Shown here one piece after another: positions 12,191-24,110 of a DNA stretch of 64,000 nucleotides. Position numbers and translations under genes: made by a program. Positions within the stretch are counted from its first letter, which is position 1, and every line of letters begins with the position of its first letter. The notes below the pieces were generated by a model. The model searched no databases and was not told where the DNA came from. It worked only from the letters and a program-made list of their open reading frames with translations. The DNA comes from Callorhinchus milii. Its lineage: Eukaryota. The DNA is taken from positions 22,198,001 to 22,262,000 of the forward strand of contig NW_024704742.1 of the NCBI RefSeq assembly GCF_018977255.1, written 5' to 3'.

Positions 12191-12800
12191 GCACAAAATA
12201 TGAAAGGCAGTCTGGGCAAAACGGGTATAAAAAGGGCTATAAAAAGCAGTCTCTGAAATGGCTCCAAGGTGACATGCCTGGCAATAGAATGTCAGAATCG
12301 AGCCAACCCTCTGTTGCGGTTTCGGTAGTCTGGTTTCTGAGCCGGTCGGGTCCGCAATATTCCAGGGCACTGCTGATGATAGAACAGCCAGCCTCATCGG
12401 CAGGACATGGGAGGGCAGTCACCAGTCACAGGGAGTCATCCCACTCAGTTACTGTTTACCCTACAAGCCAAAGCCCTAATGGGTAGGGCGGTATTAGCCG
12501 GATACGCAGTGGGACAGCAATATCAATGGGAAGCTTTGCAGTTTTAGCTGGTTAACCTCCAGCAGTACCCCAACGCACACTCTTGGGTCCTCAAGCCTTG
12601 GATCTTGCCAACCTGCGCCTCATACTTTCCAGAATTAGGTCAGCAGGATGCGCCCCTCCATGGAGAGAGTAGAGTGCGCATTTCATTCGAACAATCTGTC
12701 TCTGGGATTTCCGCGTGTAGGTGGGAATCTCAGCTTGGTTTGGACACTCTTAAGCATCATGGTGATGAGTTTCCGCATGTGCCAAAGACACCGGGCTGAC
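12190..12800. repeat. Unclassified interspersed repeat (further copies at ~1520-1780 + 2022-2228 and ~9727-9846)
   Basis: Shared blocks ggcaatagaat(g/a)tcagaatcgagc(c/g)aaccctctgt and (c/g)gaattaggt(c/a)agca(g/a)gatgc...ctcag(c/t)ttggtt. Confidence 0.7.
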
Positions 12801-13539
12801 CAAAAATAATACGCTGCAGCGGGGGAACATGACAGCTGCAAAGCAAACACGGAAGTGACAGCCTGCAACGTGTCGCCTCTCGCCGGTTTCCGTGCGTGTT
12901 GCGTGGGTTCGGTTTGGCCAACGCAGTTAAAATAGCAATGGCAAAACAGCAGTAGGTTTAGGCCACGGAGGAATTCACGTTCAATCAAAAAGTACTGAAC
13001 GTACTGAAACGTTGCAGTGGAAACACTGAGCGTTTGGAAGCGTTGACTTTGCAGCCCAGGGCACAGCCCGAAACCAGCCCCAACTCAGGAGATCGGCCAC
13101 CACCTGGGGTGGGGTGGGGGGGTGGGTGGTGGTGAGGGTTTTTTCTTTGAAAGACAAGGTAGGTAAGTTTCTCTGACACCAGACGAAACCAGAAGAGCCC
13201 CACAGACCTCACACTTTATATATAAATAATAATAAAAATTGCCCACCCTCCCCTCGAAAAAAAAATCTTGCCCCCCCCCCACGCAGGACTGTATGTGTCG
13301 GGGAACGGCTCACAGGACTCCTTCTCTCTCTCTCTCTCTCTCTTCACCGAAAAGCCATCCTCCCCTTCACGTCCTCTCCTTTCGACTAAACATCCCCCCT
13401 CTCTCTCGCGCCGAGTTGAGGAGGGCCCTGGTGTTGGGGGTGGGTTTTATTTATTTATTTATTTATTTATATATATATATATTTGTATACATATCAGAAA
13501 ATAGAAATCAATATATAAAAAAAAAATCGGGAAACTCAC

Positions 13540-13639
13540 CTCCGTGGACCCCGACAGACGGCTGCAGCTTAGCGAAGGTGATGGCCAACACGATGCCCAC
13601 CAGGAACCAATGCTTCCTCACTCGCTCCGAGAGACCCAT
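13540..13639 (-). CDS. SLC10A7: SLC10A7 (sodium/bile acid cotransporter family member 7) coding exon 1
   Basis: Translates [33 protein letters not shown]+G, matching the vertebrate SLC10A7 N-terminus (human [34 protein letters not shown], recalled). 100 nt, ending in G|GTGAGT donor. GCCGCCGCTATGG Kozak-like context. Confidence 0.96.
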
Positions 13640-13870
13640 AGCGGCGGCGGGAGCCGCCACCACCACCACCACCACCACAACAACAACAACAGCGGCGGCG
13701 GCGGCCACCACCACCACAACAACAACAACAACAACAGCGGCGGCGGCGGCCACCACCACAACAACAACTACTACTACTACGGCGGTCACCACCACCACCA
13801 CCACAGCAGCGGCGGCGGACGGCGGCCACCACCACAACAACAACAACAACAACAACAACTGCGGCGGCAC
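13640..13870. repeat. Compound trinucleotide array [(GGC)n(CAC)n(AAC)n] x ~4-5 in the SLC10A7 5' leader
   Basis: Directly visible; immediately upstream of the ATG. Confidence 0.9.
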
Positions 13871-14600
13871 TAACAGCCGCAGCCGGTTGGGCTTTTGGGA
13901 GGGGAAGGGAGCAACACCGAGGACCGGCTGCAAACGGCCAGGAACCGAGGAGGAGGGGGAGGCTGGGGAGAGAGAGAGAGAGAGAGAGGGAGAGAGAGCG
14001 GGGGGGGAGGGGAGGGAGTGGGAGAGAACAGCGACTCTTCCTGCTCTGTTTCCGAGGCTTTTTCTCTCTCTCTCTCTCTCTCCCCCACTCACGCACAGTA
14101 AGAACCCTGTGCTGCTCGGAGGCCGGGCAGCAGGACAGCAAAAAAACACACTAAAATAAATGAAGCTGAAGGAATCAAACTGAAGGACGAGGCGATGCCG
14201 CCGGGTGTACGCACTCAGCCTCGCGCTACTGCGGCGGCGGCGGCGGCCGTTAATTTTGAATGAGAAGCCGTTGGCGGCCACTGCGCGAGCGGAGCGACCG
14301 GGTGGGCGGGGCGTGAGGTTCACCTTTCGTTCTCCATCCGCGTCTTCAAATAGTCCGCACCTCAACTGAGGTCAAACCGGCGGAAATAAAGCGCTGGTGG
14401 TCGCTGTCTTCGCGTTAACTGATTGGCGATGTATTTCTTTCTTTTTCTTTTTTTTTTGCTGATGAGTTTTTAGATCTTTCTCTTTATCTCTGAACTGTGT
14501 GTGTCGTGCAGGGTGTTTATTAATGCGCGCTCCGACCGCGTTACGTCGTGACGTAATGTGGGTCAATGTGGCCAATCTCTCATCAATGGGGTTTCCCTGT
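13870..14600 (-). promoter_or_regulatory. CpG-island promoter / 5' region of SLC10A7
   Basis: GC/CpG-rich stretch upstream of the ATG, with GC box GGGCGGGG (~14304), ETS-like CCGGCGGAAA (~14378), ATTGG/CCAAT boxes (~14422, 14572) and paired CRE-like sites 14541-14556. Confidence 0.7.
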
Positions 14601-14610
14601 GAGGAGCCCC

Positions 14611-14949
14611 AATAATAATAATAATAATAATAATAATAATCCTCGCATTTGATATAGCGCTTTTCACGTCGGGAGGACGTCCCAAAGCGCTTCACAGAAC
14701 ACACTGTAAAGTGAATTGACTGTATATTTGTGGGCGAACGCGGCAGCCAATTGCGCACAGCAATGTCCCACAAACGGTCGTGGATTGAAGATGACCAATT
14801 TATTATTGTTTTTGGTTTTGGAGGGATTATTATTAGGCTCTGTGTGGAGTAAGGAAACTTGCCCGAGGTTTCGCCCTGACCTGCCTGGGATTGAACCCAG
14901 GTCTCTCGCTTGCAAAGCGAGTGCTCTAACCACTGAGCTACAGGACTCC
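14611..14949 (-). mobile_element. Young tRNA-derived SINE (CTCCC-loop subfamily)
   Basis: Intact A/B boxes, tRNA-Ala-like anticodon arm (ctcgctttgcaagcgag) and long (TTA)n tail. Closely similar to 46113-46430. Confidence 0.92.
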
Positions 14950-15279
14950 TAAGTGCATCTTGTCCTGGTCAGCAATTATTCCCACAGGACACTGTACTCT
15001 TTTTGTAACGTATGTATTGGTCCCGGTAATTTGCCGTATTTACGGTAATTTGCCATAATCAACCAGTCCGCCCCCGCAAAACACGGTCACTGCACTTTGC
15101 AATGTATCCCGTGAAGCACTTTGGGACGGACGTCCTTCCCTCCCTGAAAGGCTCTGTGCCAAATGTGAGGATTATTATTATTATTATACTGAGTTATTTA
15201 TTATAGGTCGAAACAGCACCTACATAGCATCCAGATTTTAGTTATTGTTGGTGGGTGGGGTTGTTTAATGGGGTCATTG

Positions 15280-15630
15280 CAATACAATACAAAATTACGT
15301 TCATGTCGGGAGGACGTCCGTCCCAAGGCGCTGGACAGTCAAGAATTTGGACCCGAGCAAGGAAGGGGGTGGTTGGGAATCAGGGAGGGTAGGAGGGTTG
15401 GCAGTCGAAGAGGAGGGTCTTCAGATGTGTCTTGAAGGAGGCAAGGGAAGGAGCGAGGCGAAGCGAAAGTGGGATGGAGTTCCAAAGGGCGGGGGCAGAG
15501 AGGCAGAAGGCCCGACCACCATGGTGGGGTGGGCCGGGCGGGGGACGTGGAGCAGGCCGGAGCTTGATGAACGGAGGAAGCGGACAGGTTGATATAGGGT
15601 TAGCAGAGATAGGAAGGAGCAAGGCCGTAC
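15280..15630 (-). mobile_element. L2 LINE 3' fragment
   Basis: ORF 15380-15622: GGRAFCLSAPALWNSIPLSLRLAPSLASFKTHLKTLLF (L2 C-terminus), followed by the gggacgtcctcccgac tail. Confidence 0.85.
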
Positions 15631-16625
15631 TTCTATATATAGTACTTAGGGGACTAGAGTATGGCGTGTTTTAATCACCGAGTGAAAACAGGGTTTTGAC
15701 GAGGTGGGGGGGGTGAGGTTGGGGGTTCGGGTGTGCGCAGACCTGTAATACTGGGAATAATATAATACAATTCAAATTTACACTTATGCAGCGTGGTTCA
15801 CGGCGGGAGGACGTCCCAAAGCACTTAAGATAATAAGCAGTATTACTAAGATTAATAATGTTATTATCAATATATTAATAATTATTACTGTATTATTAAT
15901 GTGTGAAAGCATGTTTAATACACGCATAAAAGTATACAAACACTGACCCACACATAAAAAGCATTACCAAGAATTAATTGGGAGTAAAAGAAAGTTTTGA
16001 ACAAAGTACATTCCGAACTCATTAACGTGAACACACTTAATCATCAGCTCTTATTTTGTTTACTCAATCTTAGTTGAGGTGAGGACTATCTGAATGTGCA
16101 GATGGAGAGCTGGAGGAAAATCTCACACTTCCCTTTCCCCTCTGATAAATTATATCGGTAGAGGCAGGAACACCCTCTTGTGGTGGTTGAGCTTTGGGGT
16201 GGTTTAACCAGGGTGTGGACAAACAGGTTGTGTCTGTCTTGAAGCAGGGTGGAGGTTCTTATTCTTTTTGACTAAAAATATTTTTTTTTTTAAAAACTGG
16301 GTATGTTGATAAATGCCTTTTACCACAAGGAATTTATTAATGAGGACCCTTCGCTTATGTGGGAGAAACGTTGTGAGGTTCAAGATGCTAAGGTGTCAGT
16401 CTGGCTAAGTTCGTAGCACTTGCATCTCTGAGTCAGAAATGTTGGATACTCCTTTAGGAATAAGTGGATAATTGACGAGGAGCCAATGAAAGGAAGGGCA
16501 GAAAGTATAAAAGGACACTGGGCGTGGGACAAAGTGTGGTTTAGAGTGGTACATTCTTGAGAGTTTGGAAAGACAATTAAAGAAGATACTAACATACCTT
16601 TGATTTGGATCAAGTTATATAACAA

Positions 16626-16905
16626 AGGGACTTCGAACTGGTCTCGACGAGGCTGTCACTCCAGTGCAGTGCTGGTAGTGTGCTTCATTGTTAGAAGTCT
16701 CATCCTTAGGATGATACGTCAAATCAAGGCTCTGTCTGCTTGTTCAGATGGACGCTAAAGATCCCGTGGCACTATTTAAAAAGAGAAGGGAATTTTTCCA
16801 CAGTCACATTTTTCCTAGCCAACTATTGTCCAGATAAAATTGGTCATGCACTTCATGGGACTTTACTGTGCGCAAATTGGCTGCTGTGTTTATCTACAAA
16901 GTATT
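16626..16905 (+). mobile_element. Deu-domain-like SINE fragment
   Basis: ggctgtcactccagtgcagtgctg...ggatgatacgtcaaatcaaggctctgtctgcttgttcagatggacgctaaagatcccgtggcactatt resembles the Deu core (recalled). Confidence 0.65.
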
Positions 16906-19104
16906 GTTTTGACAAAAACGCAGCATTTTATGATGCCTGAACAAAACCCCATATATAATATTTCTGGATGTGGTTGCCTTACTTGCTAGATACTTTAGAA
17001 AGGATGTTTGGATCTCATTAGCCATTGATTTTTTTTCAAAATATATAGGTCACTGGTGGCTATTTAGATGTTGTGATCCCTATGATTGCTCCCCATCTGC
17101 CATACGTTGGACTTGTGGAACCACTTTGAATGTATTCAGCATCTCTTGGATGATCAACATTGGGATTCGATGGATGTCTGCTTTCCTCTAAAAAATCATT
17201 TCACTTTTGCTGATCCTGTAACCCCTAGCTTACCCACGAGATGCACGGTATGCATAACCTTCCTTCCTCTCAATTACTCCTGTGGTGTCATCTCATGCTC
17301 AAACAACGACACTTCCCCCAACTTCCAAACCAGATGAGCACGTTCAACAATCGGACTCAAAATGGATAACCTTCTGTCACGAGGCAGGTGGAATGGCACT
17401 TAGCATTAAGGAACCCATGGTTATACATAACAGCTTTCTTGGCTGAGTTACAAGTATTTCACAATTCAATGACCTCAGACTTCAAGAAGATTTGGACATT
17501 CCTTATGACTTGCGGAAAGATAGCAGTGCCTAAAAGATTTTATCCTCAGCTTTTCTTACCGAAAAGGGATGTTCATCTTTAAGAACTGGTATAATACAAT
17601 ACAAATAACACTTTTCATGTCAGGAGGACAATCCGGGAGGACATTGAGTGAGAGTGCCAGAGTGACATTGAGTGCCAGAGAGTGGGGGCAGATGGTAGAG
17701 GGCAGGGGTCATGAAGCAAGTCGGTGCTTATTGAGCGAAGGGAGCTACAGTTTAATAGTATTGTTTTAGACTGATGATAACAGCGATTGTTGTTAGAATA
17801 TCATTAGTTTCATTCTTAAAATGTTTATGGTCATTTATTGGGGCTTGCTTAGATTTCTCTGTATTGGTGTAACATCTACACCCTTGGATATGTTTTGTAG
17901 TGATAATGAAAAGTAAAATTACCAAGGAAGTTTAACCATAAGACATTTGTTCCACACATTAACATAAACACCATTTATTTTCGCCCATAATATCACTCAC
18001 TTCAAAACTTGCAGCCTCCATGGTTCTTTCAGAATTACTTAAATTATATTATGCTCAAAACATCCTTCCATAGCAGCTTCAATCTATGTTCTAGATATGG
18101 AAAGCTCCTCCATCTTGCTTCGTTATTAGGGGTTGGGACCTTGCTGAGATCCCAAACTATACTGAACTATGAACTGAACTGATTCAACAAAAAGCTCACT
18201 ATTTCTTCAACATTTTTCTACCGGAATTCCGGGTCTATACATATGACATCTCGACAACTGTTAGATGTGCGCCTGGATTTTCCTCCACAAGATTAAGATG
18301 TAAATAAGGCCAGCTACCCTACATATTTTTTTTTCAAATCAATAAACTTTCATCTAATTTGAGGCATTGATTGACATCTCCTTTCTATTTTTACTCTCAA
18401 AATTACATATATTACTTTTGCAGAGTTCCGATGTAATATGGGCCCCATAATGCTGTATTGAATTGGATCTCAGTTACACCACAGCAGCGGCAATTGTTTT
18501 CAAATTGCTTCTGTGTGAGTTTCATAGAAAATAGCCTGCTATAGGTTTTTGTTTTACTTTTTAGTGGTGTGGAAATAAATCACATTTTACCTTTTCTTTG
18601 GGGAATGTGAATGATCAGAGAGACCACACAAGATTTAAGGCTTTGAGACTTTTTCAGACTCCATTGTGCGTGTATAAATATACCCAAATAAATTGTACAG
18701 CGGAAAGCTTTGAAGTAAAATCTCTATGGCTTTAGGGGTTAAATGAGTGGGAAGAAAAAAAGCCCAGACAGAAGAAGCAAACTATTTTAAAATATAATAA
18801 TCTTAAGAAACCTGTCACAACAACCATCCTTTTGATAGAAAAGGCTGTAAGCAAGGTTTGCTAAGTGCTACATTTAAATTCTCTGAATGACTTGATTTCT
18901 CAATAAAAATTAACTATCAATCCAGAAGGATTTCTGAAAAAGGAGCATTACTCTCAATTTCTTGGATTAGAATTCAGATAATACAAACAAAGCATTGAAA
19001 TGCACAAAACATCAGCAAATGTTTCTAATTTATCCTTCAATTTATTTCACATTTTGCACCTATATATTGATGTGTATTGATCAATGAGAAGGCATGCTGA
19101 ATAA

Positions 19105-19570
19105 TACAACTTTAATTTATGCAGCGACCTTCATGCAAGATAGCATTGCAGATAATAGCTTACTGAAAGCCTTCAGATGTGATTAGAAGACAGGTAAAGA
19201 GGGGGCAAGCAAGAGGGACTGAGGCAGGGAATTCCAGAGGTTTGGGCGGAGAGGGTGAAGCTTTGGCTACTGATGGCGGAGCAGAGCGGTCGAAAGATGC
19301 GCAGATGACTCAAACCGGCTGAGCGAAGGCGACAAGTACGAGGAGTGGAGTTTGAGCAGTGTGGAGAGGTGCTAGGGCATGGAGTGATTTTTAGGTGAGC
19401 TTAAGGATCTTACAATTGATCTGTTCTGCGATATAGAATCTCCGGTAGACAGGGAGCCAATGGAGCCGGAGAGGAAAGGGGTGATGAAGGGTGGTACAGG
19501 TAAGGATGTGGGCAGGTGGAGTTCTGAATCGAATGGACTTTGTGAACAGTGGAGCTGGGGAGATTAGCGA
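19105..19570 (-). mobile_element. Degraded L2 fragment
   Basis: ggcagggaattccagagg...ggatcttacaattgatc...gggagccaatggagcc parallels the L2 at 25900-26150. Confidence 0.65.
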
Positions 19571-21122
19571 AAATATATGAGAAAAAAAGCCATTCCTTTC
19601 ACTTTTTTACTTTCTCTTCACCTCTTTACCTCCCATATAAATTCCAGTCTATTGAGCCTGTCTTCACTTTCTCCACATTATTATTATCAATAAACTATTA
19701 TTTAGCATTTCTGCTTACAAATATGTTGAGTTGCCTGCCTTCTTCAACCTCTAAATAGTCATCTGCCATCATATAATCAAAGTAGTGTACCAATATAGAT
19801 AATCTGATATTATAGCAAACTCAGGAAAAAAGCTATTAAAATAAAAATTGAAACGAATAAAGTACACTTTTTAAAGATATTGATATTCATTAATATATAT
19901 TTTAATTCTAAATAGTAAAGGGGATGGCTTTTATATATTCCAAATTCAGTTACTTAATTTTGATTGATAACAAAACTGAATCAACATTGTAGTGTGTTTT
20001 AGGTTTGAATTCTGACTGAACACAATGTTGCCAATAGGACTTTTATTTATTCAGTCAGAAGATGAGCACACATAGGAATTCAAACTAATGCACTCACTGC
20101 AGATCTCAATTCAAAAACTGACACAATCAGAGTCACTCTTTAAGTGACAAGAGCTGGAGTATCTCACCATATCATATACAACCACCTGCCACATTATTCA
20201 TTATATTGCATTCTTTTATTAAACATTCCTTTCTGTGTACTTTTGCATAAACTATACCTAACAATGTTTCAGCTTTACCTTCATGTGACATTTAACCACA
20301 AGATATTCATTCCACTCATTAATTTGAACATTATTTGTTTTGACTCCATCATATTATTCACTTCAAAACTTCTTACGGCACCTACAAGATATTAAACTCT
20401 GCTTACTATGACCAGACAGATATTTCTGGAATGACTTCAGTGGCAAAACATTCAATAGCTGAAGCTGCAAAATGACAGAAATCACATCATTCAATTTGAT
20501 TGTGTTTGAACATTTTACGAAGGAAATAGAGCCTCTTTCCCGATTCCTGTTGGGCTATAGTTCTATGGATAGAGTAGAACTAATATCTTACTCAAGCAGC
20601 CATTATTCCTCAACAGTGTCATCATAAAGATTGCGGGAAAAAGGTGTGATCTTCATACCTCAGACAGCCTTCATATTATATCCATGCATATGAACATTTG
20701 AGAGAACTTAGCTCTCCCCTCCTCATCCCAGGGGCACTGCAGCGAACCATAGGGTTCCTTCTGCCCCCGCAGCTAAGATCACCTAACGTGGGGCAAATGG
20801 TGCACTGAACCTAATGAAGCTGATATTTTCAAGTTCCTGTTACAAATTTTGCCTTTTAGACATCAATATTTAACTTCAATTGTTTTTGATGCCATGGGCT
20901 AGTGAAGCCTCAGACCTATTGTACTTCTAACACATGACTCACAGTGAATACAAAAAAAGCTTGGTAAGCTCATTGAACATCCCGGATACAATACAAACCG
21001 TGAGAGGCCTCAAAACTACCATCACATGACTCACAGTGCATACAAAAATAAGCTCTTTGAACATCATGGATGCAATAAAACTGTGGGAGGAATTGCACCC
21101 AAGCATGATTGTGCCATTACAT

Positions 21123-21481
21123 GGGGTCCTGTAGCTTAGCGGTTAGAGCACTCACCTCGCAAATGAGAGGACCTGGGTTCGATTCCCGACAGAGCGAAAC
21201 ATTGGGCAACTTTCTTTAGTCTCTATACCTCTGTTCACCTTGCAGTAAGGAGGAACCCGGTTGTTAGTCGATTGGCGGATCGGGTTTCCGGGATTAATAA
21301 TCTCTTCTCAAAAATAATTTTTCAAAAATGTCACTTAATTCATGACTGTTTGTGCAACACTGCTGTGCGTATTTGGCTGCCCCGTTTTGCCAACAAAACA
21401 TACAGTCAATCCACTTTACAGTATATTCAACACTTTGAGATGTCTAGAGGACATGATAAGCTGTAAGGACTATTATTATTA
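21123..21481 (+). mobile_element. tRNA-derived SINE (full length)
   Basis: ggggtcctgtagcttagcggttagagc...ggttcgattccc head; tattattatt tail. Confidence 0.85.
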
Positions 21482-22714
21482 TGTATGTTTCCAGCAGAAA
21501 ATACTGATACCGATCAGGAGTAGGAATCTTAGCTGATTATTTTCTCCCTCACTAGCCCCTAGCATCAAGAACAATTGAAATACCTCACTGATCTTAGTAA
21601 CAGCTATATCTGCAAATCCCAGGAAATTGGCAGAAAGTATGGACCATGTCCACCAGGAGTCTTTGGTAACTTCCTTCAAAGAAGAATCAAAGATTGAATC
21701 AGTTCAATTTAATTTTGCACATTTCTCAACCAGTCATTGGCAAAGGCTTGGAAGCACGTCTTCAAGAAGGGCAAGCTGCAGGGCACCTAAAGAAGAGACA
21801 AATAACAAATGAAATGGGGGAAAAAATTATAAAATAAATCCTCGTTTGTTATTCTGCAATGCTGCAGGTATACTCAAGCGGGAAGCGACATATCAGACAA
21901 GATTTCCTGCAGTTCTAAGCCTTTCCTCTCCTTGATGTACAGCCAGTAGAAGGGAATCCAGCATGTGTTTGATTGTTGCTATGATATTATTTTAAGATAA
22001 ACCATTCAAAAAATGCCCACAAGATGTGTTGCTGTGAGAACATAACAAAAATGATATTTGTTCTTGTTTCTCTTCCAGAACACAGTTATCTCAGAAACCT
22101 GTGGAACAGATTGTTGAGTTCAAAATAGACTGGCAGGGAGGATACAAATAAGAGGATTTGTTCTGTATTCGCTGCATTTTGTTATGGAAGAACGTAATAA
22201 TACTTTCCTTCTAGACCCAATTCCATAGGGAAAATTGTATTAGATTACTTATTTTTGGGAAGGTTGAAAGCTATTGCATACACATTAATGCCTTAATTCT
22301 ACGTGTATATGTTTATTCCACCCTAGAGTCCGTCCGTCGCACTCCTTCCCTGATCTCCTTTAAGAACCAGCTCAAAACCTTCCTCTTTAACCATGCCTTC
22401 AGTCATCTCCCTCTCCCCCTTCCAACCTCCAGCTCAGGTGCAAACCCTCAACTATCCAATGCATCCTCCCAAAGTGAAAATGGTGTATAAATGCAATTTG
22501 TTGTTGTCATTAGTTCAGAGTGTCCAGAATTTAGCAAATTGTTGAATTCTTAACTTTGAAGTCGGTTTTCTGTAATTCTTAAAATGACCTCTCAATGCTG
22601 TAGATGAGGATTTGGGCTGGATGAGGTTGGAGTAAGTTAGTAGTGGAGGTGGGTGATGCACGATCGAGGAAAGTAGACTTGATCAGAGACTTAGTGAAAG
22701 GTTTCAAGGAGAGT

Positions 22715-23350
22715 TATAGGAATATAGGAACAGGAGTAGGCCATTCAGCTCTTCGAGCCTGTTCCACCATTTAATTGGACCATGTCTGTACCTCAACTAA
22801 TCCTTTCAATTCCAATTTCCCACTTTTTCTCCAAATCCCTTACTACCGTGACCTACTAAAAATCCATCAACCTCACTCTTGAGGGTGTGGGTGGATCCAG
22901 CATCCACAGCCTTTTGGGGGAGAAGTCCAGATTTCTACTGTCCTTTGAGTGGAATATACATAGTATTTAAACATACATAGCATTCCTGAAGCATTTAAAC
23001 TGAAAGTCAAATAAAAAAATGCTTCCTGATTTCACTCTTAAATAGCCTGGTTCTAATTTTAAGACTATGTCCCGCTTGTTTTGGATTCCCCCACCAGATG
23101 AAATAGCTTCTCTCTATCTATCCTATCAAATCCCTTTATCATCTTAAATACCTCAATCAAATCACCCCTCAACCTTCTAAACTCAAGGGGATACAATCTA
23201 AGTTTGCGCAGCCTTTCCTTGTAACTTAACCCTTTTAGGCCTGGTAACATTCTGGTGAACGTGGGCTCCACCCCCTCCAGGGCCAATATATCTTTCCTGA
23301 GGTTTGGGTCCCAAAACTGAACACAGTACTCCAGATGGGGTCTGATTAAC
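22715..23350 (-). mobile_element. CR1 LINE 3' fragment
   Basis: ORF 23065-23352: RPHLEYCVQFWDPNLRKDILALEGV...LEFRRLRGDLIEVFKMIKGFD; 3' end gaatggcctactcctgttcctatattcctat. Confidence 0.9.
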
Positions 23351-23399
23351 ACTCGATAGTTGAGGGTCAGACAAAACTCAGAGGTTCAACACAGGCTTA

Positions 23400-24110
23400 T
23401 GAGTTTGTAAGCTCTGTAAGTACTCTGGGATGCTACCCTGCGTGAGGCTCGATAAGCACTCTGGAACGCTAGCCTGAGGGTCGCCATATAAATTTGAGTT
23501 TATATGGTTTGAGTGAGCCACCTGGGAGATTGATACGATTAGCTCCTGAAGTGTGGGGGGGCATTGATGGGAACTGAGCAGGATAACCTAGGTTTTGCTG
23601 ATGTTGAGTTGGAGAAAGGCTTGATGTCTGACAGGCAGTCTACCACAACAGCTGCAATAATGTTGGTGATTCTGTTGGTGGAGGCAGAAAGGTTGTGTTG
23701 GATGTCTTCCGCGCACATATGGAAGTGAACCCTCAACCGTTTCTCCAATGCCTGCGGATCCTATCACTAAAGGGGAAGCATGTAGGCAAAGAAAAGGAGA
23801 GGAACAAGGATAAAGCATTGGGGAATGCCGCACATGACTGTTTAGTAGTAAGAAGATGAGCTATTACAGGGGACATTGTGATAATACTGGCACAGGTGAG
23901 TGAAACAAGGAAAGCACGAGGAGGAGCATGGGACAATCAATGGTATTGAAGGTGGCAGAGAGATCGCGGAGGACAAAGAGACACTGGTGGCTCTGGTTAC
24001 AGGTAGAGAGGGTATTATTTATGACATGGACCAGCACTGTCTGAGTGCTATGGGCAGCACAGAACCTAGACTGGAGGAACTCAAACAAGGAATGGTGGGA
24101 GAGAGAATGA
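23400..24110 (-). mobile_element. Degraded L2 RT fragment
   Basis: ORF 23864-24088: LQSRFCAAHSTQTVLVHVINN...LRDLSATFNTID (decayed QSGFRAAHSTETAL...DLSAAFDTVD). Confidence 0.8.

Noticed and set aside
13239..14159. 306-aa + strand ORF and other overlapping ORFs with poly-Thr/His/Asn/Cys
   Set aside because: Products of the trinucleotide array and GA repeats antisense to SLC10A7 exon 1; no recognisable domain.
16380..18430. Possible very old LINE coding remnants outside the SINE at 16626-16905
   Set aside because: The texture suggests decayed retroelement sequence, but no diagnostic motif could be read, so it was not annotated.
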